DNA of 32,015 nt from a virus (Duplodnaviria > Caudoviricetes), in the IMG/VR virus record IMGVR_UViG_3300031922_000060, positions 1-32,015 of that record; one strand, written 5' to 3'. Positions within the stretch are counted from its first letter, which is position 1. Each line of letters begins with the position of its first letter. The notes below the pieces were generated by a model. It was not told the origin of the DNA and did no database searches. It was given only the letters and a program-made list of their open reading frames with translations. A program made the translations under genes and the position numbers. Positions 1-10,700 of this stretch are shown here, piece after piece.

Positions 1-105
1 AGCGGCTTCATTTCTAGGCTCTTAAGCAAAAACAAAACCACCCACCGACACAATTCCTTGTATCAATAGATGGTAGATTATTTGGCAAAGGTACTATCTA
101 TTGAT

Positions 106-136
106 AAAAAACACACCTCTCGCTTTTGAGGGTGTG
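106..136 (-). terminator. Intrinsic terminator downstream of the defence operon
   Basis: Minus strand reads CACACCCTC-AAAAGC-GAGAGGTGTG-TTTTTT: GC-rich stem with one bulge plus a 6-U tract, about 320 nt after the gajB stop. Confidence 0.6.
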
Positions 137-453
137 CATCTTTTAACGATTTGACTGTTTCGCACACCCTTATTATTGTACCTGTTCGTTTGGCTGAGTC
201 TATGAGAATTCCAGATTGATACAATACCAAGCGGCGGCATCTGCCCTACGCAAAACTGGGCGAGCGAAAAACCCGCTCAATTAAAGCTTTTGTGGGGTAT
301 AGCCTGTCCGCGAAAGCTATTTGTTCCCTCTGTATTTTTAATCCGCGCGGTCGCTTGCCCTGCTGTTGTCGCTGTCATCACGGTTCTTGCGCACCCCTTC
401 TCGGTCTAACCGATCAAAACTTAAAAAGTTTAGGCAAAATTAAAAGGTTCGGA

Positions 454-2280
454 TTACTGCGGGATAACATACGAATCCGCCTTTACCAGTTTGACTCCAT
501 CCACCAATGCCAGACAGCAGACCTTGCCATTCGAAAACTGCTGCCCCTTAGCGTTAAATCGTTCTGCGCTTGCGGAAACGTATGCCTGCTTCCGAGCCCG
601 CGTCAAACCGACATAAAAAACGCACAGGTCACCCAATAAAGGGTTTTTCATTGTTTCAGGTATTGTCTGAGGTAACCTGCAAGCAAATGTGTTGGCGGAA
701 GTTCTGAGGCTAGGACATTCCTTGCACAAGAAAGTCATCACCCACTGCTCAACATCCGCGAGCATTACATAATCCCATTCAAGTCCTTTTGCACCGTGAA
801 CCGTTGAAATAATAAGTTTAGAGTCTACATATTCCATCGCTTGCTTTAACTGCCGATTTTCGAATATGTCCAGCAAAAGGCTGTATTTATCCTCGGTCAT
901 CAAATCGGAGTAGTCGACAGAAACTTTCTCGACAAGTGCATCAAGTAGACGAATTAGCGAACTGACGGTTTTTCCACTCGCTGTATCATAAGCAGCCTGT
1001 ACGCTATCAGAAAATGCGACCAATGCCTTTTTGTTGATGTTCTTAGTTTTTCCGAATTTCCGCATGAAAATATCCTGACACTTAATGTGAAAGGCAACAT
1101 AGTCCTCATCCTCATCCGTAAACATTCCATAGAAATATGGAACCTTAGACTCATTGAGTTGTTCCTCAACTATTTCAGCATTCCGTCCGCGCGCTCGAAA
1201 TAGGATAGCAACTTTACCTGCATTATCCGTCAGTATTGCACTCACCCGGTTAACGACTTGCTTCGCCTCCTCTTGCTGCGTCAAGCCCCAATAGGTAGGC
1301 AATTGGGCAATGTCAGATTCGTTAATAAAGGGTGAAAAGCCCGTCGCCGCATTTGCCCTGATATTCGCATCCAATTTAAGCATTTGCGGATTGTTGCGAA
1401 ATCTGTAGTTTTTATCCAGTTCGATTTTCGTCATATCAAGATTTTCAGTTGCCGTAGGCATAATGTTCGGCAATGCCCCTATGAAACCGTATATTCGCTG
1501 TAAAGGGTCTCCAAGGAATAGCAACTGTGTACCATCCGAGATAATTGATTTCAGCAAAGCCCAAGCAATGCAGTTGGTGTCCTGAAACTCGTCAACTACG
1601 AGAAGCGGATAGTAGCTTTGGTAGAACTTGCGAACCTCTGGGAAGCGGTCAAAAATCTCCAACACAAAGAGAATGACCGCATTATGGGTGATGTAGTCCA
1701 ACGGAAGCAACTTCTCAGCGACGATGCCGTTATACGCTTGCCTAACCTGCTTATCTGGTATGGTGGCGTTCTTAATAGCACTCTCCACGCTTTCGAGTTG
1801 CTGAAGTTCTACAGCCGTTAACGCTATCTTCAGTTCCGGCCTCTTGTGGACTTCGCTGTCACCCACTGCCCTGAAAAGGTTGACGTCTTTTCGGAGAGCC
1901 TTGTCGATAAGATAACCGTACTTCTTCAGAACACCTTTACAAAAACCGTGGTAGTTTGTGACGGTGACCTTTTCGCCTATCGCAATAGGGCTGTTTTGCG
2001 CGCCAAGAAGTGCAGGTAGCTTCTCCGCAACTTCTCTCTTAACCTTCAGCGCAGCGTTTACGCTGAAAGTTAAGCCAAGTATGCGCTTTGGATTTGGGAT
2101 ACCGCCAGAAGCGAACAAGTACGCAATGCGGCTAATCATCGTCGTGGTCTTTCCGTAGCCCGCAGGTGCTTCAACTATCAGGCGAGGACTATCAGAAAAA
2201 ATAACTTCAAGCTGTTTCTCGTCTCCTTCGTGCTGCGTCGATATTTTCGCCTTTATTTCCGCAAGATTGGCATTAGGCAT
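454..2280 (-). CDS. gajB: Gabija GajB, UvrD/Rep-like SF1 helicase
   Basis: Walker A APAGYGKTT, motif Ia LTFSVNAA, DEFQD, GDPLQRIYGF, NYR, HGAKGLEWD, YVGLTRAR. Start overlaps the stop of the upstream OLD nuclease gene by 8 nt. Confidence 0.85.
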   Translation of the reverse strand: MPNANLAEIKAKISTQHEGDEKQLEVIFSDSPRLIVEAPAGYGKTTTMISRIAYLFASGGIPNPKRILGLTFSVNAALKVKREVAEKLPALLGAQNSPIAIGEKVTVTNYHGFCKGVLKKYGYLIDKALRKDVNLFRAVGDSEVHKRPELKIALTAVELQQLESVESAIKNATIPDKQVRQAYNGIVAEKLLPLDYITHNAVILFVLEIFDRFPEVRKFYQSYYPLLVVDEFQDTNCIAWALLKSIISDGTQLLFLGDPLQRIYGFIGALPNIMPTATENLDMTKIELDKNYRFRNNPQMLKLDANIRANAATGFSPFINESDIAQLPTYWGLTQQEEAKQVVNRVSAILTDNAGKVAILFRARGRNAEIVEEQLNESKVPYFYGMFTDEDEDYVAFHIKCQDIFMRKFGKTKNINKKALVAFSDSVQAAYDTASGKTVSSLIRLLDALVEKVSVDYSDLMTEDKYSLLLDIFENRQLKQAMEYVDSKLIISTVHGAKGLEWDYVMLADVEQWVMTFLCKECPSLRTSANTFACRLPQTIPETMKNPLLGDLCVFYVGLTRARKQAYVSASAERFNAKGQQFSNGKVCCLALVDGVKLVKADSYVIPQ

Positions 2281-4000
2281 TGTTAGCCACCTCCTGCGCT
2301 TTCTTTATCGCGTTGGTATAGCAAGTCGGAATGAGATCAGCGGTGAGGGTATTTCCGATTATCCGTCCAAGGAGGACACCTTTCTTTGCCATAAACCAAG
2401 CTGAATACATACGGCAAAACTCGTCTTCATCATTATCATTGACATCTGACAGTCTCTTAGTGGCATATTCCGCCAGTTCAATCCCCATTTTCTTGAAGTG
2501 CTTTCGAACAAAATCTGCATCCATACCGACCGATTCTGCCTTATCGTCCAAGGCGAGAGCGATTTGCCGCACCAATGCAGATTTACCTTTTGCATAGAGC
2601 ATCTTTATGATTTCGATTTCAAAGCAGAGTTCTTGCGTGAAGAACTCGTCATCGCTTGGCGTGTGTCCAGCTTTAACATCGCCATCATAAATCGCGATGC
2701 TCGGAACAGAAAATGCGGCAAGCAACTGACGAAGAGGTTTTATCGACCCTTCACCGCGGGCGTTTACCACGCAAATACCGTTATCGTCTAGAGAAACATC
2801 CGTCATCTTGGCAAAATCGTGAATACATCCATATTCAGTTTCTCCCTCCATCAGTATGGCGCAATGAGCATAAAACGCCTCCTTTATTTCGGGGAAACGC
2901 ATAATCAGATGCTTATCAAGTTCTTTACTAATGCTCAAAGTCGGGCCAGCACCGCTGATTACCGCAGTCTTATCCCCATCCTTATAGAAGCGGATGAGGT
3001 TGCGGTAGTCTCCAACCAAAGCGTCTGTTGAGTGCGTTACAATTATTAGCTGTCCGGCGATGCCGTCCACGTTAAAGCAGCTCTTTAGCAGTTCTGCAAA
3101 CTCGGCATCCTCGTTACGTAGAATCCTTTTGTAATAGCCGATGAGCGACCTCTGCAAATAGGGGTTAAGGTGCACCTCCGGTTCGTCAATCGATAGTACC
3201 AGCGGTAACATCTTTTTGCCGTCGTCGTCCGTATAAACCTGTTCCTCAAACGGAGTTGACTTGCTTTTATACAACTCCATAATTTGGCATAGGATGTTTA
3301 TCGAAGCCATCGCCATATATTGGACACCGCTGCCCGTTGTGTCTATTTTTCTATCACCATCAGACAGATAAAAAAGTCTCGTCAACATTTCCGTCGGATT
3401 TGGTGAGATCGTTGCCCTAATGGAATAGTCGCGAAAGCTACGGATTTTCCCCAAATGCTTGTTGATAAAATCCATTAAGCCACCAACCTGCTCGTTATTC
3501 AGGAAAACCGGCGCACCCTCAGTAGTAAATATCTCGATTATTCTGTTTATGAGAAGCCCAGCACCTTTTTGCGAATCAAGGCGTAGCTCCCTGCTCGGAA
3601 TAGAAGTAGTCTCATATTTAAGAAAATTGATTTTCCGTATGAGCCGTGCCTGGATGCTTTCGTTTGAGTCTGCACTAACGATGGTGGGGTAAGCGTCCTT
3701 GATTGTTTGTCGATAGCGAATCTTTAGCAACGAAGCATCCTCGGGCGAAAAATTTTCTCCTAAAAAACCCTGCTCATTCGGGAGCAGCTTTATTTCCATT
3801 TCAATTTCTATGGGCTTTGCGGGATCAGTGAAGTCATTGTCGTCAAAACCCTTTCCGTTGCATATGGTACTGAGGAGAGAAAGGAAATTGCTTTTTCCAA
3901 GGTTGTTCTCCCCAATGATGTAATTGCACTCCGGGTTGAAATTGACGTTTATACCGTCAATGTTCCTGAAATTTGAAACCTTAACACAAGTTATCCTCAT
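2273..4000 (-). CDS. gajA: Gabija GajA, OLD-family ABC ATPase-TOPRIM nuclease
   Basis: NFRNI, Walker A GENNLGKS, signature GSG, Walker B IDEPEVH, H-loop VTHS, TOPRIM EGETE and DGD; 575 aa; GGAGG RBS; directly followed by a UvrD helicase. Confidence 0.85.
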   Translation of the reverse strand: MRITCVKVSNFRNIDGINVNFNPECNYIIGENNLGKSNFLSLLSTICNGKGFDDNDFTDPAKPIEIEMEIKLLPNEQGFLGENFSPEDASLLKIRYRQTIKDAYPTIVSADSNESIQARLIRKINFLKYETTSIPSRELRLDSQKGAGLLINRIIEIFTTEGAPVFLNNEQVGGLMDFINKHLGKIRSFRDYSIRATISPNPTEMLTRLFYLSDGDRKIDTTGSGVQYMAMASINILCQIMELYKSKSTPFEEQVYTDDDGKKMLPLVLSIDEPEVHLNPYLQRSLIGYYKRILRNEDAEFAELLKSCFNVDGIAGQLIIVTHSTDALVGDYRNLIRFYKDGDKTAVISGAGPTLSISKELDKHLIMRFPEIKEAFYAHCAILMEGETEYGCIHDFAKMTDVSLDDNGICVVNARGEGSIKPLRQLLAAFSVPSIAIYDGDVKAGHTPSDDEFFTQELCFEIEIIKMLYAKGKSALVRQIALALDDKAESVGMDADFVRKHFKKMGIELAEYATKRLSDVNDNDEDEFCRMYSAWFMAKKGVLLGRIIGNTLTADLIPTCYTNAIKKAQEVANNA

Positions 4001-4119
4001 ATTAGCCTCCTTCGGAGTGTTTCGGGCTTTAGGTTACACATTAAAGACGGAATACCTTAACCACTGCGTCTGTTAAACTGCTTTTGTGCAACGAAGAATT
4101 CTTGTCATACGCCCATATC

Positions 4120-6744
4120 TCAATCCACGAACAGCTCGGGGTTGTTATACATCATATTTGCGACCTCAAGTTCGACGCTAATGTTGTCGCATTGCGCAAG
4201 GCTTCGCTTCAGCTTGGGGTCGGCGACTTCTAAGCCTGTGACGTATTCGACGCGGTGCTGCCGTATATACATTGCTGTCTCACGTGAGAAGCCGTTTCGC
4301 TGGAAAAATATTGTGAGAGGGTTCGTAGTCCCATATTCGACATACTCATACCAATCGTTCTTTAAATCCCCCTCGATATGATGATACCGCTTGTAAGTTT
4401 CGGAAAACTTCAAGAAGTAGTTCGACAGGCTGAATAGGATAACCCGTTCAATGGCTTCCAATGTTTCACCAATCACGCTGTTTTTGTGCCGCTTCGTGCC
4501 GTTGTAGACCTCCAGCTTGTTGTTGATTTGAACCTTCTTTTCTGGATTCCTTCTATAGTAGTCGATTGACTCTTTCATGATGAAGCTCAGTCCGTGGCCG
4601 TTAATCCAGCGGCTCAGAACTACGCCGTACCATTTCAAGCGGTTGTTGTTGCCAATGCTCTCGCTGTCATATTTTCTCCAATTAAATACCCCGCTTAACT
4701 CCGTCAGAAATTCCATCAAGGTATTATGATCGACATTTCGCTTGTCAGTAAGCGAGGGATAACTAAGACCATTCGCTATAGCTCCATACAGGCTTCTCAT
4801 CTGATCAACGGATATGTTAATGTCATCGTCGGGCGCGTTGTCCATTTTGCGGAAAGCTTCCTTAATTTTGGCTTCGATATTGCCCTGCAAGTATGGCGCA
4901 AACTCGCGGCGAACAATGCTGTTGTTGTTCTTAGTTATATCACGCAACAGTATCAAGGCAAATTTACGGATTAGCTTGTACGACTCTTTAGATTTGATTT
5001 TCATGTTATCAAGTCCAATATCGCCTTCGAGAAGGCAAGCCACAATCTGCTTCTTTTGACTGCTGGTCAGTTCAGAAACAAGAGATAGTTCCTGTTTCGG
5101 CACTTCTTGCTTAAGCAACTCAATAAAGCCCTCGGTGGTGGTCTTACTTTCGAGTCTAACAAGAAAGACGTTGCCGAAGAGATTGTACTCAATACGCCCC
5201 ACACGCCCTATTAGATTCTTGAAGTCAACTGCGTTCATCTTCGATCTGCCACGACCTTTGCCATAGGTAGTAATAAACAGGTTGTCAGCAGGCAGATTAA
5301 CTCCCTCCAATAATGTGCTGGTACAGAACAGCGTGTGAATTTTACGGTCGCGATACAGGCCCTCTATTCGCGCCCGAATAGAAGCGGGCAAGTAGCCGAT
5401 ATGGTAGGCCACACCCTTTGTGATTATATCGGCAAGGTAGTACTCGCCGTGAACCTCTTTCCTTATTTCTTTCGCTAACGAGGTCAGAGCATCATCGTTT
5501 TGCTCCGGTACATTCTTGTCAAAGTCGAGGGCGTATTCAACCGCCTTTTCCTTTGAATTGAAATAGACGATATTCTGCATTTTTCGGTCTTCCCGTCGAC
5601 GGCATACCGAAGCGATAATCTGGTGGAGGTTTGCCCCGGGCGGAAAACTGGTCACCGTATCAAGCTGCTCGGTATAGGAGTTAAATGTCTTTATTTCGCC
5701 GCATATCAAATCCACCAGAATCTTTATCTGGCTGACCGGCGAAAACGAGGTGGCCAGTTTGCGGTCGGTTTCCATATCCGCGTCGGGCAGTAGTCTTAAA
5801 TACACCTCTGGGTTTGGGATGTTCGGCGAAGCAAATAGTATGTGCGGTTTCTGTTTTTGGGAAATCATATCCACAACCTTGTAGTAGAACGCACTGCGGC
5901 TGTCCTTTGCTGAAATCTTGTGTGCCTCGTCGATGAAGAGGTAGTCAATCCTCACATCTGGCTTCCCGATAAGTAAGTAGAGCAACCGCTCTGGCGTAAG
6001 GACAAAGATGAAGTTCATGTCGCCTTTTTTCAATTGCAACGCACCAGCCGCGGTCACAAGCGTGTAATTGCGCTCGGCGAGATAGCCTCTCTTTTCATTG
6101 ATTTTTAAGTCCTCGATGATTTTGCTGTATACTTCGTTTATCAGAGCCTTCGTTGGGACCAGGATGGCAAAGTTCAGGTTCGAGCCGTCCATAACCTGCT
6201 TTTTTATGAACATCCTCATCACAAAGGACTTACCCATTGAGGTTGGTCCCGAATAACTAAAGTACGGCTCGGTCAGGCGGTCGTAAACTTCCTTCTGAGA
6301 ACGAAAGAACTGTCTCTCCTTGTCAGCCGGGATGCTTAGAAGCTCCCTGCAAAATTCCGTGTAGGCCCTGTCGAGCAACGTTCGACCCTGAAATTGAGGT
6401 GCGTTCATAGCAAGACCGCGAAAGTTCTCGGTACTCATAAGAACCGAACCGAAATATTCCAGCACGGCGGGATTGTCAGGTTGGGTCTCCTTTAAAAGCG
6501 CGACGATTTCCTGCGCCCAAATCTTGTGTCTGTCTGACTTCTCCTTGTCGGTGGACTTCGAGAGGACATCGGCAAAACGGAGAGCAGCCTCGACATCAAC
6601 CTCTTTCGGCATCATCTGTGTGAAGCCAAAGAGAGACAATGTATAGTTGTACAGAATATGGTTGTACAGCTCAATCAGGTAAGGGTTGCGGTCGATGCCC
6701 GCAAAGATAACATTGCCCAAGCTGATGCCAAATTCGTCGGTCAT
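4120..6744 (-). CDS. hamB: Hachiman HamB, Ski2-like SF2 DEAH helicase
   Basis: GPTSMGKS, VPTKALINE, TPER, DEAH, TSTLLEGVNLPA, NLIGRVGR; starts 1 nt after the HamA-like gene. Confidence 0.85.
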   Translation of the reverse strand: MTDEFGISLGNVIFAGIDRNPYLIELYNHILYNYTLSLFGFTQMMPKEVDVEAALRFADVLSKSTDKEKSDRHKIWAQEIVALLKETQPDNPAVLEYFGSVLMSTENFRGLAMNAPQFQGRTLLDRAYTEFCRELLSIPADKERQFFRSQKEVYDRLTEPYFSYSGPTSMGKSFVMRMFIKKQVMDGSNLNFAILVPTKALINEVYSKIIEDLKINEKRGYLAERNYTLVTAAGALQLKKGDMNFIFVLTPERLLYLLIGKPDVRIDYLFIDEAHKISAKDSRSAFYYKVVDMISQKQKPHILFASPNIPNPEVYLRLLPDADMETDRKLATSFSPVSQIKILVDLICGEIKTFNSYTEQLDTVTSFPPGANLHQIIASVCRRREDRKMQNIVYFNSKEKAVEYALDFDKNVPEQNDDALTSLAKEIRKEVHGEYYLADIITKGVAYHIGYLPASIRARIEGLYRDRKIHTLFCTSTLLEGVNLPADNLFITTYGKGRGRSKMNAVDFKNLIGRVGRIEYNLFGNVFLVRLESKTTTEGFIELLKQEVPKQELSLVSELTSSQKKQIVACLLEGDIGLDNMKIKSKESYKLIRKFALILLRDITKNNNSIVRREFAPYLQGNIEAKIKEAFRKMDNAPDDDINISVDQMRSLYGAIANGLSYPSLTDKRNVDHNTLMEFLTELSGVFNWRKYDSESIGNNNRLKWYGVVLSRWINGHGLSFIMKESIDYYRRNPEKKVQINNKLEVYNGTKRHKNSVIGETLEAIERVILFSLSNYFLKFSETYKRYHHIEGDLKNDWYEYVEYGTTNPLTIFFQRNGFSRETAMYIRQHRVEYVTGLEVADPKLKRSLAQCDNISVELEVANMMYNNPELFVD

Positions 6745-6745
6745 C

Positions 6746-7669
6746 CTACATCCCCCCCTTAAGTCCGAGGAGCGAACCCATTATGCGCCGCTTCTCGCCA
6801 TCTGCCTTGTTGAAGGGTAAAAAGTAAAAGTAAAACGAATACCGCTCCATTTTAGCCGCTTTGATTTTGTCCGCTATGTAGGCGACGTGATTCTTGATGT
6901 CCAGCTTCATCTTCTGCTGCAACTCAGCGCGGAACTGTTCCGATGTCTTTTTATCTGCCTCTAATCCCAATGAGTAGCCAAGGAATACGCCAAATGCCGT
7001 GTCGTGTGTGGCAGCGACACCTTTGCTCGGCAAGATGATGTCTTTCAAATATTCTGCGACATCTTGCGAGAATTGCTTATCAAAGGCCGTGCTTTCAACG
7101 AGCCGCATTTCACGGGCAGTGTCATTTTTTATGGCTTCAAGCGTGACAAAAGCGGCGTCTATAGCGTCTCTTGGGTCTCCTACTATGTGCGATTTCCCAA
7201 AAACCATCTGGTAAAACGGAATGCCCTTATCGGGGTGGAGCAGATGAACTCCACTGCTCCCCAGAACAATCTGACCATCGGGCAGAAGGTCGAACTTGCT
7301 AAATACCTTTGGCGCATCGAGAATCTGCTCCAGAAAGACGTACAGCATGAGGTCGCCCAACTCATCGCCAAGCCAACTCAAGTCACCATTGCAACGATTA
7401 CGCAGGAGTTCTACAGCTTTCAGACCGATGAGCGTTATTTCATTCTCATCCATGAACTTTTGGATTCGTTCCCGCGAGTAGATGTACTGCCCGATGTTTA
7501 TTTGAAGGAACCTTTTCAGCGCATCGAAAGCAAACGCATTGTCAACCACGCTCAGCTGGAACAAGCGCAACTGGTGGGGATTAATAAGCCTCAATTTTTC
7601 GTCGTGGGACACCTCGGAGAAGATGCCGTCGAATCCGGCGTCCACGATTGTCTTTTGCAGCATTTCCAT
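6746..7669 (-). CDS. hamA: Hachiman HamA (DUF1837-like nuclease)
   Basis: ELGDLMLYVFLEQILDAPKVFSK...GVH...VFGKS and C-terminal FYFYFLPFN resemble DUF1837; paired with a Ski2-like helicase; GGAGGA RBS. Confidence 0.8.
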   Translation of the reverse strand: MEMLQKTIVDAGFDGIFSEVSHDEKLRLINPHQLRLFQLSVVDNAFAFDALKRFLQINIGQYIYSRERIQKFMDENEITLIGLKAVELLRNRCNGDLSWLGDELGDLMLYVFLEQILDAPKVFSKFDLLPDGQIVLGSSGVHLLHPDKGIPFYQMVFGKSHIVGDPRDAIDAAFVTLEAIKNDTAREMRLVESTAFDKQFSQDVAEYLKDIILPSKGVAATHDTAFGVFLGYSLGLEADKKTSEQFRAELQQKMKLDIKNHVAYIADKIKAAKMERYSFYFYFLPFNKADGEKRRIMGSLLGLKGGM

Positions 7670-7717
7670 CGCGTTTGTCCTCCAGTAAGCAGTTTGCTTC
7701 CGTCTTTCGGTACTTCG

Positions 7718-10700
7718 CTATTTCACCTCTGCAGACCAGACATCTGCAAGATTTTCCGCTTGCTTCATAACAAGATCAATAGCAGCGGGCTGCTTGTCCG
7801 GTGGGTAGCCGTACTTGTTGAGTATCCTTCGAACAATAACCATAATGCGGGCGCGAGCAGTTTCCTTGATTGCGAAGTCTATAGTGGCATTTTGTCTAAC
7901 TTTATCAGCTATCTCCCGTGCGATTGCCCGCAACTGGTCGTCACCCAAAACCTTCACCGCGCTGTCGTTTGTTTCGAGAGCATCATAGAACGCGAGCTCG
8001 TCCTCAGAAAGCCCCATATCCTGGCCGCGCTTGTCTGCAGCATTGATTTCACGGGCTATGCGGATGAGTTGCTCGATAATCTCTGCGGTGGTCAGAAGAT
8101 TATTCTGATATCGTTTAATAGCCCCGTCTAGCATTTCCATTAGCGATTTTGATTTGGCAAGGTTATGCTTGGCGCGTATTTTTATTTCATCGGACAGTAA
8201 CTTCTTCAGTAATTCAAAGGCGACATTCTTGTACTTCATTCCCCTAATCTCTTTCAGAAATTCCTCTGAAAGAATGGAGAGTTCCGGCTTTTGAAGCCCC
8301 GCAGCACTGAAGATGTCGACCACTTGGTCAGAAGCTATTGCGGTGTTTACAATGTTGCGTATGACTGAATCATAGCTATCGTCTCTACCAGTGCCTCCGG
8401 TCCCAAACTTTGTCAGACGAGCCTTAACTGCTTGGAAAAATGCTATCTCTTCTGCATGTTGAAAAGTCTTTGGGTCGGGCTTTGCAAGAGCATATGCCTG
8501 CCCCAGCAACGACACCTCTCGGACGTAGCGATTCTTACCGTCATCTACGCCGAGAATGTAGTCCTCTGCTTGTAGTATAATCGACAGTTTATCCTTAACC
8601 GCACCTGAGAAAAAGGCTGAGTAATCGAAGCCGTGCAGGATACCACGCACGACCTCCAGTTTCTCAATCATTATCTCGACAGCTTTTTGGTGCGTTTCAG
8701 CCGGAACACCTTTGCCGCCGCTTTCCGCATAGAAACCGAGAGCCTTCTTCAGGTTAGTGGCAATGCCAATGTAATCCACAATCAATCCGCCCGGCTTATC
8801 CTTGAACACACGGTTGACGCGGGCAATTGCCTGCATAAGGTTGTGGTCTTTCATCGGCTTATCTATATACATCGTGTTCAGGCACGGAGCATCGAAGCCC
8901 GTGAGCCACATATCACGTACGATAACAATTTTTAATGGGTTGTTCTCGTCCTTCAAGCGAAGAGCCAGGGTTTTACGCTGCGCCTTGGTCGTGCGGTGCT
9001 TTTGGATTGCGGCACCATCCGAACTACTCGAAGTCATAACAACCTTGATGACACCCTTATCCAAATCGTCGTTATGCCATTCGGGGCGCATTTTAATAAT
9101 TGCATTATACAGAGAGACGGCAATGCGCCTACTCATTGCGACAATAAGCGCTTTTCCCTCAAACACCTCTTGCCGTTCTTCGAAATGTGTAATGATGTCG
9201 TTGGCGAGGATTCTAATCCTGTCTTCGTTACCAACTATGGCTTCCAACTTCGCCCACTTTATCTTAGCAGCTGTTGCTTCATCGGCTTCGCCCACTTCGT
9301 CCAGTTCCGCATCAAACTGCTCCACAAGACGTTTACCTTCTTCGGTGAGGTTCACTTTTGCAAGTCGGCTTTCGTAGAATATGCGGACAGTCACGTTATC
9401 TTCAACCGCTTGAGCGATGTCGTAGATGTCAATATAGTTGCCGAAAACGGCAGGGGTGTTCGCGTCCTGCTTTTCGACGGGTGTACCAGTAAAGCCAATG
9501 AACGTCGCATTCGGTAGTGCATCGCGGATATATTTGGCAAAGCCGTAAGCAATCCGTTGACCGACAACCTCGCCGTTCTCTTTGATGTCGCGGAGTTTGG
9601 CGTTGAAGCCGTACTGGGTACGGTGCGCTTCATCTGCAATAACCACGATATTGTCACGGGAAGACAGCCGTTCATAGACCGAGGTATTGTTATCGGGAAT
9701 GAACTTCTGTATGGTAGTGAACACGATGCCGCCGGATGCGACTTTCAGCAGGGTTTTCAGCTCCTCGCAAGAGTCCGCTTGTTTTGGCGGCTGGCGCAGG
9801 AGATCACTGTTGCCGGCGAATGTGTCAAATAACTGGTCGTCGAGGTCATTTCGATCATTTAGGATAAGAATAGTTGGATTGTTTAGTTTCCTCACGATTT
9901 TGCCCGCATAGAACACCATCGACAGCGACTTTCCGGCCCCTTGTGTATGCCAGACTACGCCCGCCTTACGGTCTCCCCTCGGCTGGTCTTTGGCGGCGGG
10001 GAGTCCGTATTTTTCAGGGTCTTCACGAAGCATTTGAGAGGCTGTAGTAACCCCGCTGGCACGGATAGTCTGTTCCACTGCCTTGTTCACGGCGTAATAC
10101 TGATGATAAGCTGCAATTTTTTTGACCGTCTCCACTTTAACGATGTAGGTTTCTTTATCCTCGGTATGAGTCTTTTCGTATGTTATGAAACTATGTATGT
10201 AGTCAATCAGCGTCGTTGGATCACAAAGCCCATGTATCAACGTCGATAGTTCGTCATCAAACTTGGCGGCTTCTTTGATGCCATCTTTCGTCTTCCACGC
10301 GCTAAAACGAGAATAAGAGGCGGTCAGCGACCCCGCCTTTGCCTCCAAGCCGTCGGAGATGACGCAGATTTCATTGCAGGTGAAAAGCCCCGGTATCGCC
10401 AACTTGTACGCCTGTAACTGGTCAAACGCCTTATGGCAGGTGGCGTTCTCGTCGGCGGGGTTTTTCAACTCAAAGATAACAAGCGGTATGCCGTTTACGA
10501 ACAGTAGCACGTCGGGGCGTTTGTTGTTATTGTTTTGGACGATGGTGTACTGATTAACTACAAGAAACTCGTTATTCAGCGGGTTATCAAAGTCTACAAC
10601 ATGGACAAAATCACCCTTGATGTCACTGCCCTTGCGATACTCCACGGGGACACCGTCCACGAGCATTTTGTGGAACTCCTCATTATCCGTGAGCAGGTTT

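Noticed and set aside
292-639. 115-aa plus-strand ORF
   Set aside because: Overlaps gajB antisense, has no clear RBS and no recognisable motif.
7004-8131. 375-aa plus-strand ORF
   Set aside because: Antisense shadow of hamA and hsdR, with no RBS or motifs.
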